64,000 nt of DNA from Octopus vulgaris (GCA_951406725.2 OX597815.1:67394001-67458000), one strand, 5' to 3'; numbered from the stretch's first letter, positions 12,601-26,116 are shown. Notes: a model not told the origin generated them from the sequence alone. Program-made: numbers and translations.

Positions 12601-12619
12601 TGGTGCAATTAAGTTAGTC

Positions 12620-13264
12620 ATGGTCTGGGATACTACTGGCCGAAAGTTATCTAAATATCAAAGAGAGCTGAGGAATGGATGGCGTCTACCCCATAAACCT
12701 GAAGCTAGGTTTCAAAGAATGCATTAAAGCATCATTGAAGAAAGCTAACGGAAAAGGACTGGGATGAAACTGCAACTGACTAGACAAGATAGAGAAAAGC
12801 AATATATGATGAACTGAGAGTTTCGAAATAGCACAAAGAAATCACGAGAAGTTGAAGAGAAATGCTAGAAAGAGTGCGGGCGTGATACTTTTAGGAAATG
12901 TGGATAACCAAGGAGAGCTGACACGCGGATGAATGAAGGAGAGTCTGCTTCAACAGAGTGGGACTGAAAAGTCAGAAGCGAACTCATGTACAGCGTGTTG
13001 ACTTGGATTGTGCCATACACACCATAACATCGTGCCATGAACGTAGCAAGATTTGCCTTGCATCTGAGGATTGAAACGGCACATGAAAGTGCATGATGAT
13101 CAAGTAGCTCCCGTTGTCGGAGCCAATCGTGTATTTAACATCTGTGCCAAAGAGTGGAGGTTATTTGCCAGCCTGCAAAGTCACACCCGTGCAGCTCACA
13201 CATGAGACCGATTCTGAAATGCCTCGAGCGATGGCTATACACGGGAACGAAAAAGATGTCATCT
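12620..13264 (+). mobile_element. RTE-clade LINE 3' fragment with three degenerate C-terminal C2H2-like zinc fingers
   Basis: KLGFKECIKASLKK..WDETATD (RTE C-terminus), then RVCFNRVGLKSQKRTH, SKICLAS..LKRHMKVH and NICAKEWRLFASLQSHTRAAH; followed by (CA)n. Confidence 0.7.
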
Positions 13265-13277
13265 CACACACACACAC

Positions 13278-13344
<67 letters not shown>

Positions 13345-13368
13345 CACATGCACATATATATGTACATG

Positions 13369-13434
<66 letters not shown>

Positions 13435-13505
13435 ATATATATATATACATACATGTACATACTATACATATATATGATATATATATATATATATATATAT
13501 ATAGG

Positions 13506-13537
<32 letters not shown>

Positions 13538-13879
13538 GGAGAGAGAGACTTTCTCTCAGTTTTCGTCTATGAACATAGTTTTAGATTATCTATGAAAGAG
13601 TTAGTCTCTGGGCTATATCTTAAAGTACAATAATCAATACTCAATCAATAAGCTCCATATCGATATTAACTGGGATCATTATCAACTGCTGCATAGAACA
13701 CTGCAATACAGAATATGGTCATTTAATGTGGTAAGGTGTCTGAGCTTGTAGTTTCGGTGTTGATTGCTATGGCTATAGGATAGTTATGATGCGAAGGTGG
13801 ATGGGTGTATATGGAACTGTGTGTACTCCTGTAGGCTTTGTGTGCAAATATTCTAAAAGGCATCTTATATCTTTTTTTA

Positions 13880-14300
13880 ATCTTTTCTTGTTTCAATCAT
13901 TGAACTGAGGCCATGCTGGGGCGCCACCTAGAAGGGTCTCAGTTGAACAAATCGACTCTAGTACTTATAAATTTTTAAAGTTTGGTACTTATTTGAATTC
14001 TATCGGAGTATTTTCCCGAACCGCTAAGTTAGGGGGACGTAAACAAACCAACATCGCTTGTCAAGTGGAGGAGCTGGGATAACAAACACAGACATGTATA
14101 TATATATATAAATATATACACAAACGACGGGCTTCCACATAGTTTCCGTCTATCAATTTCACTCACAAAACATTGGTCGCCCTGTGTTGATAGTAGACGG
14201 CACTTGCTCAAGGTGCCGCGCAGACATGGCTCTTTGATTAAGGAAATCGCTTTGTAACTACTCGGCTGCAAAGCGATTTCTTAACTATCGAGGCATGCCT
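13880..14300 (-). mobile_element. SINE family 1, near full length
   Basis: Reverse complement of the 51311-51720 architecture, including the central microsatellite. Confidence 0.85.
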
Positions 14301-15948
14301 GCATATGTAAATAATACACATTTGTGTATATAAACAGATGTATAGCTATTAATTCATGCATACACCTATTAAAATATATAGACGCATATATTTGTATTCA
14401 TACAAGTAAGCACATAAGCGCAAAAGAAAGTGGGAAAAATAGTTCTCGAATAACAAAAAAAAAGCGTATAAGACTGTTTTATTATGGTAAAAAAAAAGAG
14501 AAAAAACAAAAAACAAAAAAAACAAAAAAACAAAAAAGAACTTCGCAAACTGCTACTTAGAGTTTCGCGATGCTGTTTATCAGACAGCTATGATAACAAC
14601 TAATTTGTATTCACATACACTTACATACATCCACACTATGTGTGTGTGTGTGTGTATGTATCTATAAGACACACACTGACACACACACATATATATATAC
14701 GCACACACGTTTCTATTCTAACATCTCCGTTAGGATACCGAACTTGCGGGTAATGGAAAAACTCCATTATATAGTGAAATCTTAAGAATAAACCTTTAAC
14801 ATTGCAGCATCGACCTCTTGCTCTAACAAAAATATGACGAGAAAAGGAATTATTCACTGGTTTTCATGTCCGTTCAATTTCATTTCACTATTAGATCAAT
14901 ACTTGAACACTGGGCCAAACTAATGGTAAACTCGCTACACTATTACGTTAACAATTCTTTTCTTTCTTTAAAAAGATTTTCACCTAAATCTTAAATATCA
15001 GCAAATAATTAAGGATAATATTATTCAACTATCTTATTTCACTACCTCAACATTCGACTAATTTTGCCTATTCTAATATCCCTAAGTTTAAGTAACAGAA
15101 CAAAATCGGTAACTGTCAATTTACCAACTACTATAACTGACTTGATACAAACAACTGTCATTTAGAATATAATCGTTTATCTACAAACAACTAGAAATAT
15201 ATAAAAATATAGTGTATCAATCTTAGAATACTTCTAACTACAAGTCTAAGGTTACCCCGAGTAGGACTTAAAAGTCCATTAAATATTGATTGTATTATAT
15301 TTACATATACATTCCTTTAGAAACCATTAAAAAAACAAACAAACTTTTTTGCATATATTTATTAGTTAAAGGAGAATTCTAATATTTTCACCAAGTATTT
15401 AGTGAAAAAATACTTTTTTCACTAATTCCCATAATCATAGTACCGTGTAGGCCTACTAAATTCTTCTTGATAAGATCCCAATACTTAACTAATAACGTAC
15501 CCTGTGCGTGAGAAACCGCGTGAATTAAAACGACGAAGCGCATATTCATTCTTAATACGTTCCGGCAGATTCGAAAAGGTAATATGCTAATCGCTGTTGT
15601 ATTTCACCTTCGGAGAACTCTTCTTTTCAGACTATGTGCGTTGCCAACACACTCAATTCATTGACATAAGGGTAGTTTCAGAACATTAGTGTTTCAACCT
15701 GGTTGTGTCTCTTCAGTCAAAGACACCCCTAGATCAATAGCAAGAACGGTAGTACTTGTCTATAGAATTCAGCAAGCAAATATTTTACTGATCGATGCTG
15801 ATGTATGCCAAATCGATTATAAATTATCACGTACACGAGGAACAGCAAGAATCAAAACGATGATGTACATTCATAATACATCTCATAATTCAACTGCCAT
15901 TCAGAAATAGAAATGCTAATTGTATTTATAGAAAATTCCCATGTAGCC

Positions 15949-16004
<56 letters not shown>

Positions 16005-16437
16005 AATACATATCTATACATATACATATGCATAGATATATATATACCTATACATATGTATATGTGTGTATCTGTTGATATATATATATACATCAATGTT
16101 TATATTATATTCCACACTCTCAGTTCAGCATTTATCTTTTGCATATCCTTTTGATCATTCTTAATATTTGTAAATCGAAGAACATTGTAATTTACATTAT
16201 TGTTTTTTTTTTAATTTCTCGATCTTGTTTACTATCATTCGTTTTAACCGTCATACCTTTTCTTTTCATACCTGCTTCATACTAATTCGAAATTCTGAAG
16301 AGTTTATAAGAAATGATATGCTCATAGTACAAATATTATTTTTAATCTAATGATACATTTAGTCACTCCTATAAGTACATAGGTTCATATGCATGTATAT
16401 AAATTTGATTGAAATACATACATACATACACACACAC

Positions 16438-16488
<51 letters not shown>

Positions 16489-16499
16489 ATGAAAAAAAA

Positions 16500-16682
16500 A
16501 ACAGTAGAAATTTACAGAAAAATACAAGACGAAGACTTGTGTATGAACAACAAGCAGGTGTATTAATTTGACGCTCAGGAAAGTGAAAAAGTCTTTTACA
16601 TTTCGAGCCTACGTTCTTCAACAGAAAGGAATAAGAGAAAATAAACAGAGAACAAAATACTTTTGGAGTTAGCGGTCAAGCA
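16500..16682 (-). mobile_element. HHR-bearing repeat family C, copy 1 (probable Penelope-like pseudo-LTR/retrozyme)
   Basis: About 170 bp similar to 27030-27205 (-) and 48190-48320 (+); lies between (TA)n and (CA)n. Confidence 0.8.
16593..16628 (-). ncRNA. Minimal type I hammerhead-like motif with CUGUUGA core
   Basis: CUUU-CUGUUGA-A-GAAC(GUAG)GCUC-GAA-AUGU-A-AAAG. Confidence 0.6.
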
Positions 16683-16683
16683 G

Positions 16684-16734
<51 letters not shown>

Positions 16735-17546
16735 CTCTCTCTCTCTCTCTCTCACACACGCACACACATGTATGTATGTGTGTATTATGTTATTTCACAT
16801 ACAGTATTATTTTAGTCAAACGGAGGCTATGTTAGAAGACTGTTGGCAAAGTTGCTGTTCTCAAGGATCGAACCCGACATAATGTAGTTGCCAAACAAAA
16901 TTTTTAACCAGGCATCGATGTCTGTGCTGTTTTTGTAAATTCGCCTCGTTATACACATTTGGTATCAATATTTTATTTAATGAAAGGTGATAAATGAAAA
17001 CAATGGTAAATTATGGGCCTAAAGTGGTTTGTGGTAATTACGAATTGCGTCCTATTACATTCGCTGTTCGAAATCCGTCGATATCAATTTAGCCTCCCCT
17101 TCTTCAGAGGTCGATATGATAATTTTTTTGTCGATGTCATAAAACTTTAGTAACCTCGAATGAACGTGAAATAATTCATTTTACTTTTTTACTGTTGAAC
17201 TCAAAGTAGAAAGTTATATTCAATAATAACAGTTTAAGAAACCTTTTAGAGAGAAAAAGTCGAAAGCTACTCGTGGGCCTCGAACCCACATCTGTGAACA
17301 TAAAAGTTATTTATAGCTTTTCTACATCAAGTTCAACCATTACAAAAAAAAACAACATAAAACCGAATTACTGAATCATTTTATGTTTATGTGTCCATGA
17401 CAAATATCAATATTTAATTCAGTTAAAACATATATCGATATTAGGTTTTATTACAATTGTATCGTATTCTATTTTTTATTCCCTTTCACCACGCACTTCC
17501 ACCTAATAATAATAGTGAAGCGCCGGAGAAATAAACCATGATGGTG

Positions 17547-17604
<58 letters not shown>

Positions 17605-17844
17605 TGATGATGATGATGATGATGATGATAATGATGATGGTGGTGATGATGATGATGATGATGAGGAGGAGGAGGATGGTAATCACATTCTTCCCTAACA
17701 AAATATGCAACCATTTCCCTACACTACATTATTTACACCTAATCATCATTTCTGATCTTCTTGATCTGTTCTTCATCATAACCATCATAGTCATCATAAT
17801 CATCATCATCATGATCATGATCATCATCATCATCATCATCATCT

Positions 17845-18068
17845 AACCTCTATTTCCAGATCTTTGTATTTTGAAAGTTTTTTCGTTTCTGTTAAAGAAA
17901 CATCGTCATCTGTTGGTATTGATACATCGATTAGAAATAATTTTTTTCTCTTGGTGATGTAACACAACTATATCCAGCTTATTGGCCTTAATTTCTCTAT
18001 CTGTATGTATCGGCATATCTCAGAGTATGGTTGCTTTTTTAATTTTCCGCGACCTTTTATGGCGTGCG
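17845..18068 (-). mobile_element. R4/Dong RLE fragment, same subfamily as 4620-5113
   Basis: NKLDIVV..LIDVSIPTDDDVSLTETKKLSKYKDLEIEV; same 5' breakpoint as the 5113 copy. Confidence 0.85.
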
Positions 18069-18087
18069 TTATTATTATTATCATTAA

Positions 18088-18482
18088 GGCGGCGAGCTGG
18101 CAGAAACGTTAGCACGCCGGGCAAAATGCGTAGCCGTATTTCGTCTGCTGTTACTTTCTGAGTTCAAATTCCGCCGAGGTCGACTTTGCCTTTCATCATT
18201 TCGGGGTTGATAAATTAAGTACCAGTTACGCACTGGGGTCGATGTAATCGACTTAATACCTATGTCTGTCCTTGTTTGTCCCCTTTATGTTTAGCCCCTT
18301 GTGGGCAATAAAGAAATAGGTATTTCGTCTGTCTTTACGTTGAGTTCAAATTCGCCGAGGTCGACTTTGCCTTTTATCCTTTTGGGGTCGATAAATTAAG
18401 TACCAGTGAAACACTGGGGTCGATGAAATCGACTATCCCCGTCCCTCAAATTTCAAGCATTGTGCCTTCAGTAGAAACGATT
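18088..18482 (+). mobile_element. SINE family 3, dimeric form
   Basis: Full unit ending gcaataaagaaat, then a second headless unit; the same junction is present at 53228-53603 (-). Confidence 0.9.
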
Positions 18483-18527
<45 letters not shown>

Positions 18528-18546
18528 GTCGTCGTCGTCGTCGTCG

Positions 18547-18595
<49 letters not shown>

Positions 18596-18859
18596 TTCCG
18601 TTTTCAAAACTAAGGACGGTACGAGAGACAAGCCCAAATGGGAAGGGACAATCCTGCCCATAAAGTGGTCCCATAAAATTTGAAAAGCAATAGCTCAAGA
18701 TTCCCCATCAAAATAACAGCAATGACGTCGACCTCTGACTTGGGATCACTTTAGTGATGGAATATAAACAGGTGGTCAGTACAAACATAACTTTCAGTAA
18801 TGTGCAGTCAGATACAATGAGCAGTTACATATAAGTTCCTATGATCCTTCAGATTTGCA

Positions 18860-19330
18860 TTCTGTAGTAAGTGGTAAGAAGAATCCCTTAAGATTGAGTA
18901 TCCTAGGCAGAAGACGCAACTACTACACATGCGGCAGTAAAAAATATTTAAGAACTTTGTACCCAGAAATTTCGAAAGAGGAAGAACAACAGCAACAAAC
19001 TGGGGAGGCTGTTACTAAGGCGGCATAGCAGAACATGGCGCACCGATCGTAACTTTGTAGACGTCGAAGAACATAAAATCGTTTTGGTCTCATTTCCTGG
19101 AGCCAATTAGGAAAGCTAGAAGCTTTCTTTTTCTGGCCACAGTCGGCTATAGCAATTATGAGAAAAAGTGACTTGCAGCAAAACAAAAGCAACGAGAAGC
19201 GGATGGCGCTGAATTCTTCCTCATCTCATAGCAGTGCCACCCAGTCCAATTGCAAAAATGATGACCAGACAAAAGACGATGGGAAACCTGTAGACGTTAG
19301 CCAAAAAACAAACCCACCAAAAGAGAGAAA
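18860..19330 (+). pseudogene. Possible decayed L1/Tx1-like ORF1 (zinc-knuckle remnant)
   Basis: LSILGRRRNYYTCGSKKYLRTLYP loosely resembles the GRRPxCxxCGxxxHxxxxCP knuckle; has stops. Confidence 0.25.
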
Positions 19331-19394
19331 AAAAAAAGAAAAGGTAATTATGTGCTCCTGTTAAATATTTTTACCAGAGGTTTGGAATCGTATG

Positions 19395-19725
19395 GTGCAG
19401 ACGTGATTGTGTGATTAAGAAGCTCACTTTTTAAACATGTAATTTCAGGTTCAATCCCATTGCACGGCACCTTGGTCTTCTACTATAGAGTGGGGTCAAC
19501 CAATACCTTGCGAGTGAATTTCGTAGACAGAAACTGTGAAATCCCATCGTGCGTCTTCGTGTTTGTATTTGTCCCACTAGCTTGACAAACGGTGTTGGCT
19601 TCTTTACATCACCTAAAATAGTGGTTCGGACAAAGATACCGAAAGAACAATTACTGAACGTCTTTTTAAAAAAAGTTACTGGGGCGATGACCGAGCAGGG
19701 CCTCAGTTCAAATAACTGTAGCAAG
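19395..19725 (+). mobile_element. SINE family 1, degenerate
   Basis: ggttcaatcccattgcacggcaccttgg..gtagacagaaactgtg..gcttgacaaacggtgttgg. Confidence 0.75.
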
Positions 19726-20652
19726 TAAAATATAAAAGAAAGATGTGCTGTCACCTTCCAGCGTTATTTATTCATTTGTTTATTGCATGTTCTGGATTAC
19801 TTTTTGAGTTGTTATCACCACTGATGACTGTTCAGATTCTGTTTTCATTGTTCTGATCAATCTAGTCTGTGGCGATCCATTTGCTACCCACAGACCTTAC
19901 TAGGAATATGTTCACGTAGCATTGATTTTTATGATATTTTATTCAATTTTTACATTATTCCGAATAGAAACGTTTGGTCTTTGGAGTCGAACTTTTTATT
20001 TTACTCAAAGAATCGTTATCACTTTTTCTACTGAGGAATTGTTTGAGATTTATCAAGGATAATTTTCCAAGCACTTTTGACTTCGAAGACGTCAGTCTTT
20101 TTAAAAATCCTTTTGTTCTTTACTTTGATACACTTTCTGTAGTATGTATCTCTCATTTTTTTCCAGTTTTCGTTTCACTGTTAACTTCATTACAGATTAT
20201 GAAATCTTCATATAATAATATATGCTTATTTTTTTCAGTTTATTATGTATTTGTTTCTTTATCTCCATCCTCAACAACAACATCATCGTCACCATCACTA
20301 CTATTACTGCTACTACTCTACCGTGTTTTCTAAATTAAATAAGAAAGATTAATATGAAAGGAATGTGCGTGTGTATGCTTGTATGCGGATTTTGTTAGAT
20401 GTATTCGGATTTTCAACTGTGTATGACTGCAACATTGCAGGTGCATGTATAATATCTGCATTTCCCTAATTTTTCTTCCATGAGTATAAACACGCACACA
20501 CATGCACACATACACACACACATAAACATATATAAACATATATAAAGCCCGTAAATGTGAGTATGTGGTGACGTAATAAAGACGAATAAAGAATATTAAC
20601 AACCACTTAGAAAGTTGCGAATTGCTAACATATATAAATATACTTACATACA

Positions 20653-20703
<51 letters not shown>

Positions 20704-20729
20704 TTCATGTGTGCGTATGTCTATGAATA

Positions 20730-20779
<50 letters not shown>

Positions 20780-20891
20780 TGTATGTATGCATGTATGTAT
20801 GTATGTATGTATATATATATATAAATATATATATAGAATACGATAAATTATATTAAATTCAAGTATATATCTAGATATATTTAAACTATAT

Positions 20892-20938
<47 letters not shown>

Positions 20939-21162
20939 CATACATACATATATATAAATATATATATAATTTGTATGCTTATATATACATACATATATAT
21001 GCATACACACACACTAACACATACACAGATATTTATATGCATATATATATATAAATATAAAGACCCACCCACGCACACACACACAAATATATCTCCAAAT
21101 GCGCATGCATGCATTTACCATAATTTACCGCAAACACACCTACCCTGCCCCTATATATATAC

Positions 21163-21234
<72 letters not shown>

Positions 21235-21273
21235 TACGTATGTATGTATATACATAAATATATATACATATAT

Positions 21274-21330
<57 letters not shown>

Positions 21331-21949
21331 AATTGTATTTCTAATTGAATTAAAATAAAGGCCTAATGGAATCGGAATACAATGAAAAACATCAATTGTA
21401 TTTTCTCCGTTAGCTGTGAGAGAAATTGAAGAAAAAATGGCGGCAGATTCATTCGTAATTAAAGTGCTCATGCGCAACCATCACCACCGCCGCTACTACC
21501 ACCACAACCGCTACCACCACCGCCAATAACAACAATATGCATCACAAGAAATAAGAATAACAGTAGGAAAAATAACAATATCGCAATCTATTACAATTTC
21601 TGAAACAACAACAAGAACGGCAATAGTGATGACTACAATAACAAGATCAACAATGACGGAACTAAATCTACGACGACGACAATATTACTAACATCATTAA
21701 TAAAGTATCAATAAACCAAATTAACTATTTATCGACTTATTTTCCCCTGACGCACGCGCGCACTCACACACATATACACACACACACGCACAAGTATGTA
21801 TATATATATATATAAGTATACGTATATACATATGTAATATATATGTATAAATATGATCACACACAAATACACACACACGTTTTAATTTCATTTGGTTGAT
21901 GTGTTTATATATATGTGTGTGTTTATGTATCATCTCTCTCTCTGTCTCA

Positions 21950-21982
<33 letters not shown>

Positions 21983-22771
21983 CATATGTAATTTATATTC
22001 ATATTTGTGTGTATATGCTTATGTTTATATCCATATATATATAGCTGGCTGAGTGTACATGGATGTATATGGGAGTGTATAAATTAGATATAGTTCCAAT
22101 TACTTCAGATGGTTTTAACCGGAGTAATATATTTTTATACAATGGCCTGCGCGCGTACACACATACATGTAGACTCAAGACCTAGACATTATTCATCACA
22201 CATTCAATAAATATATAGTCACATAGTAAACCCATTAGATGTATTTTAAACCTAAGAAATGGAGTGGGGTAGACATGCGGTATATATAAATGTATACACA
22301 CACACACGTACACACATATATACGTATACATATGTGTGTATTTGTGTGTGTGTGTGTGTGTGTTTGTGCGTGTGCGTGTGTGTATGTATGTGTTTGTGTA
22401 CATATATGTGTGTGCATAAAAATAAATACAAAACACGCATACAGAGTATCTGCAAATGTATATACACAGACATACGAATACAGATACATCTCATACACAT
22501 ATATAATTGTTTTTGATGCTGTTGTTTTTGCATAAAATGAAAGAATAATTATGTATTTGGTATAATTATATACACATTATATATATGTATTATGTATAAA
22601 TATACATACATACATACTAACACACACACACACACACAAACACACAAATATGAACTCTTATTGTGGTATATTTAATATGTCAATATTGTCGAGTATTTAC
22701 AGATATCTGCTCTTTTGTTTTGATGCAATCAAACAAGAATAACGTATATATTTCACGATATAACAACAATA

Positions 22772-22867
<96 letters not shown>

Positions 22868-23369
22868 GTAGTTGTAGCATAAGTAGTTGTAGTAGTCGTA
22901 GTAGTAGTAGTAATGATAATAACAATAATAATGATAATAGTAATGGTATAAACAACAGCAGACATATGTTGTTTCACATGCATTCATTACAGTATGTCTA
23001 CTTCCTCCATCATAGTTGTTTATACTGTGAGTATTGTACGTAGATACGTGCTAAAATGAATAATCTATTTGTATGGTACGTATAGAAAATTTGCAAGAAA
23101 GAAGCAATTACCAAATCGATGAAGCGAAAAGTCTTTATACTTCTGTTTTCATTCGTTATATTTATGCTGTTTATTGTCCAAGGAAAGAAATTATGGACAC
23201 AACGTCTTTCTGTCAACTTTTTGCCGAGTAAAAAGAGATGAATATTTGGTACATCATTATTTCCTAGGTGACTATCATTTTCAGAATTCTGAATTATATA
23301 TAAAAAAACAAAACAAAACTATTCACTCGTTGAAGGATTTCTCCGATCTAGAAATGTGCGTGTTTGTGC

Positions 23370-23429
<60 letters not shown>

Positions 23430-23607
23430 GTGTGTGTGTGTGCGTGCGTGCGTGTGTTGTGTGTCTATAGATTTCTTTCTTTTGTCTTCTGCCGTTTCGT
23501 TTTTCTGGCATGCATACATACATATACACATACATACGTACATAAATATCTATAATACATACATACATACATACATACATACATACATACATACAAAAAC
23601 ATCCCGT

Positions 23608-23778
23608 TGTTGATGTTGCAATTCTAATGAAGGAGCCTTGAATCTAGGTGAGCAACCGTTTCTGTCTCTATTGGCAAGAAATCTTGAAATAAACTGAAAA
23701 ATGATATACATACATGCGTACGTACATACATACATACATACATACATACATACATACATACATACATACATACATACC
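23608..23778 (+). mobile_element. Family D repeat, copy 2, flanked by (CATA)n
   Basis: Similarity to 305-450. Confidence 0.75.
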
Positions 23779-23989
23779 TGCATATATACACCCATCTTGA
23801 GTAAGACACTTAATTTAACGTTACTCTGTGATAATTTCATCAACTGACATGTGACACGTTGTGCACCTATACAGGTAACGTAGATTTGATGTAGAAAGTG
23901 AACTTGAATGAAGACAAACTTTTGATCATTTAAGCCACACGTCGTCTTACGACGGTAGAGTTCATAACACACACATACACACACACACA

Positions 23990-24044
<55 letters not shown>

Positions 24045-24214
24045 TTATATTGAGAAAAATGTCAGAATTTTGGAAAAAAAATTTTATTTTTTCATTATTA
24101 TTAGCGCTTTCGTTCCTCTCTAGAACTTGTCATATACAATTTTGTGAATGTACAAGCAACTTGTTCATTTATATAAAACAGATGTTTTTTGGGGGTTTTG
24201 TTTAGAAGAGAACA

Positions 24215-24480
24215 TTCAGTTCTATATTTAAGAGATAAGGAATTATGTACATTATTTACATTCGACGGATATTTGTCCTCATCTTGTTTCTTGTTAACAC
24301 AACGTTTCGGCTGATATACCCTCCAGCCTTCTTCAGGTGTCTTGGGGAAATTTCGAACCTGGGTTCTAATTCCTAAGGTATCTTCCGATGTTATTATTAT
24401 TATTATTATTATTGTTGATGTTGTTGTTGTTGTTGTTGTTGAAGTTGCTGCTTGGAATCGAACTCGGAATCTTGGGGTTA
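24215..24480 (-). mobile_element. tRNA-headed, hammerhead-containing short retroelement (SINE/retrozyme-like)
   Basis: Minus strand reads: tRNA 3' half with B-box GAGTTCGATTCC, (AAC)n(AAT)n, second B-box-like GGTTCGAAAT, HHR, AT-rich tail. Confidence 0.75.
24296..24341 (-). ncRNA. Type I hammerhead ribozyme with palindromic minimal stem III
   Basis: GACAC-CUGAAGA-A-GGCUG(GAGGGUAUAU)CAGCC-GAA-ACGU-U-GUGUU: intact CUGANGA/GAAA core, 5-bp stem I, 5-bp stem II; predicted cut between 24301 and 24300. Confidence 0.85.
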
Positions 24481-24527
24481 AGAGCGCGGGCTACTAACCC
24501 CAAAATTCCCAGTTCGATTCCAAGCAG
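24448..24527. repeat. 33-bp inverted repeat formed by two head-to-head tRNA-like heads
   Basis: 24448-24480 versus 24495-24527 with 2 mismatches and a 14-bp spacer. Confidence 0.95.
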
Positions 24528-24874
24528 TGACATGAACAAACATTCTCTCCAAAGTTGAATGTTTCAAGGAAAAGCAGCGACAGTACGTTTTGTAAGTGTT
24601 ACACTAATGTTCTCTAACGCAAAATCATGGAATTGAAAGAGGCATGATCGAAGTTACACAGTATAAACATGAACATATTCCCAACCACACACACAGAAAC
24701 ATGCACATACGCACGCACACACACACTTCATCAAGGAATCCTCCCTAAAATTGAATGTTTGAAGGTAAAGTGGAAAATTTGAATTCTTTATCCCAAATGT
24801 GGCTCATCTCTACAAATGTTCATATATTATATATGTGTAGCATTGAGATGTTCTAGCTTTACGTATATATATAA

Positions 24875-24958
<84 letters not shown>

Positions 24959-25232
24959 ATAGTGTATATAGTGAAGCGTATGAATGTTCAGATTTATTGC
25001 TGAAAGACCTGCAGAAGTGTTATGTATACGTATTATGTATGTACATATACATATATGCATGTACACACAAACACGCACGTACATACACGCACGTACATAC
25101 ACGCACACACATACACTCATGTATATTCTGCGTTGATTTGGTAAGCGGTGTCGATTTTACAATCCCGTAAATAATATTTTATTAGCTTATAAGATTTAAG
25201 CTTATAAAATATTATCACTTTTATTATTTACA

Positions 25233-25308
<76 letters not shown>

Positions 25309-25491
25309 TGTGTGTGTGTATGTGTGTGTGTGCGTGTGTGTGTGTGTATGTGTGTATTGTCTATATATTTAAGTGCATGTTTACACTCGCACAGCAATGT
25401 ATGCAATGACTGAAAGAAATACGTGTTGTGTTAATTAGCATTGTAAAATCTTGCTTAGGGTTGTGTGTATTAGAGGAGATTATGGTATATT

Positions 25492-25567
<76 letters not shown>

Positions 25568-26005
25568 GCAGAAGACATCTGCTGCAACTATATGCAGTAG
25601 TTGTGGTAGCGGTATGAGGTGACAATGATGAGGAAAATGAAATAATGTGGAGCTGGGGGTGATGAAAAAGATGCCTAATTCTTTGTAAGAACAGGAAAGA
25701 ATGGTCGAACATAGCAGATGTTAATAAGCATCATTAATTAGCTAATAGACAGAGAGGGAGCGGCAGAAATAAAGAAAAGAATCTTGAGTGATATATATCC
25801 ATATGCAGCTATTCTATTATTGGTTTCAGCCTAAAGCTGTGGCCAAGCTGGAGCACTGTCAACAGAATTAATGCTTGTTTATTATAGACTCAGGACAAAA
25901 TTGAACTTCTTTTCGTTTCTTGCGCGATGTGGGTTCACCTGGTATTTTAAAAAATAAAGTCCCAACAATTTACCCATCGCTCTCTTTCTCTCTCCCCCCC
26001 CTCTC

Positions 26006-26055
<50 letters not shown>

Positions 26056-26066
26056 ACGTCAGTAAA

Positions 26067-26116
26067 TCATAGATCCGAAGGAGGTTATGGGTTCGAAATC
26101 CTGGGTAACCTTATGA
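26067..26116 (+). ncRNA. Degenerate hammerhead-like motif on a ~90-bp island within (TA)n
   Basis: UCAUA-GAU-CCGAAGG..UUC-GAA-AUCC(U)GGGU-A-ACC-U-UAUGA; stem II is weak. Confidence 0.4.

Noticed and set aside
17268-17340. tRNA-like sequence on the minus strand (and other tRNA-like heads)
   Set aside because: No complete cloverleaf; these are SINE heads, not tRNA genes
19821-20100. CTGATGA and CTGAGGA..GAAGACGTC as possible HHRs
   Set aside because: No consistent stems I/II and GAAA is not intact
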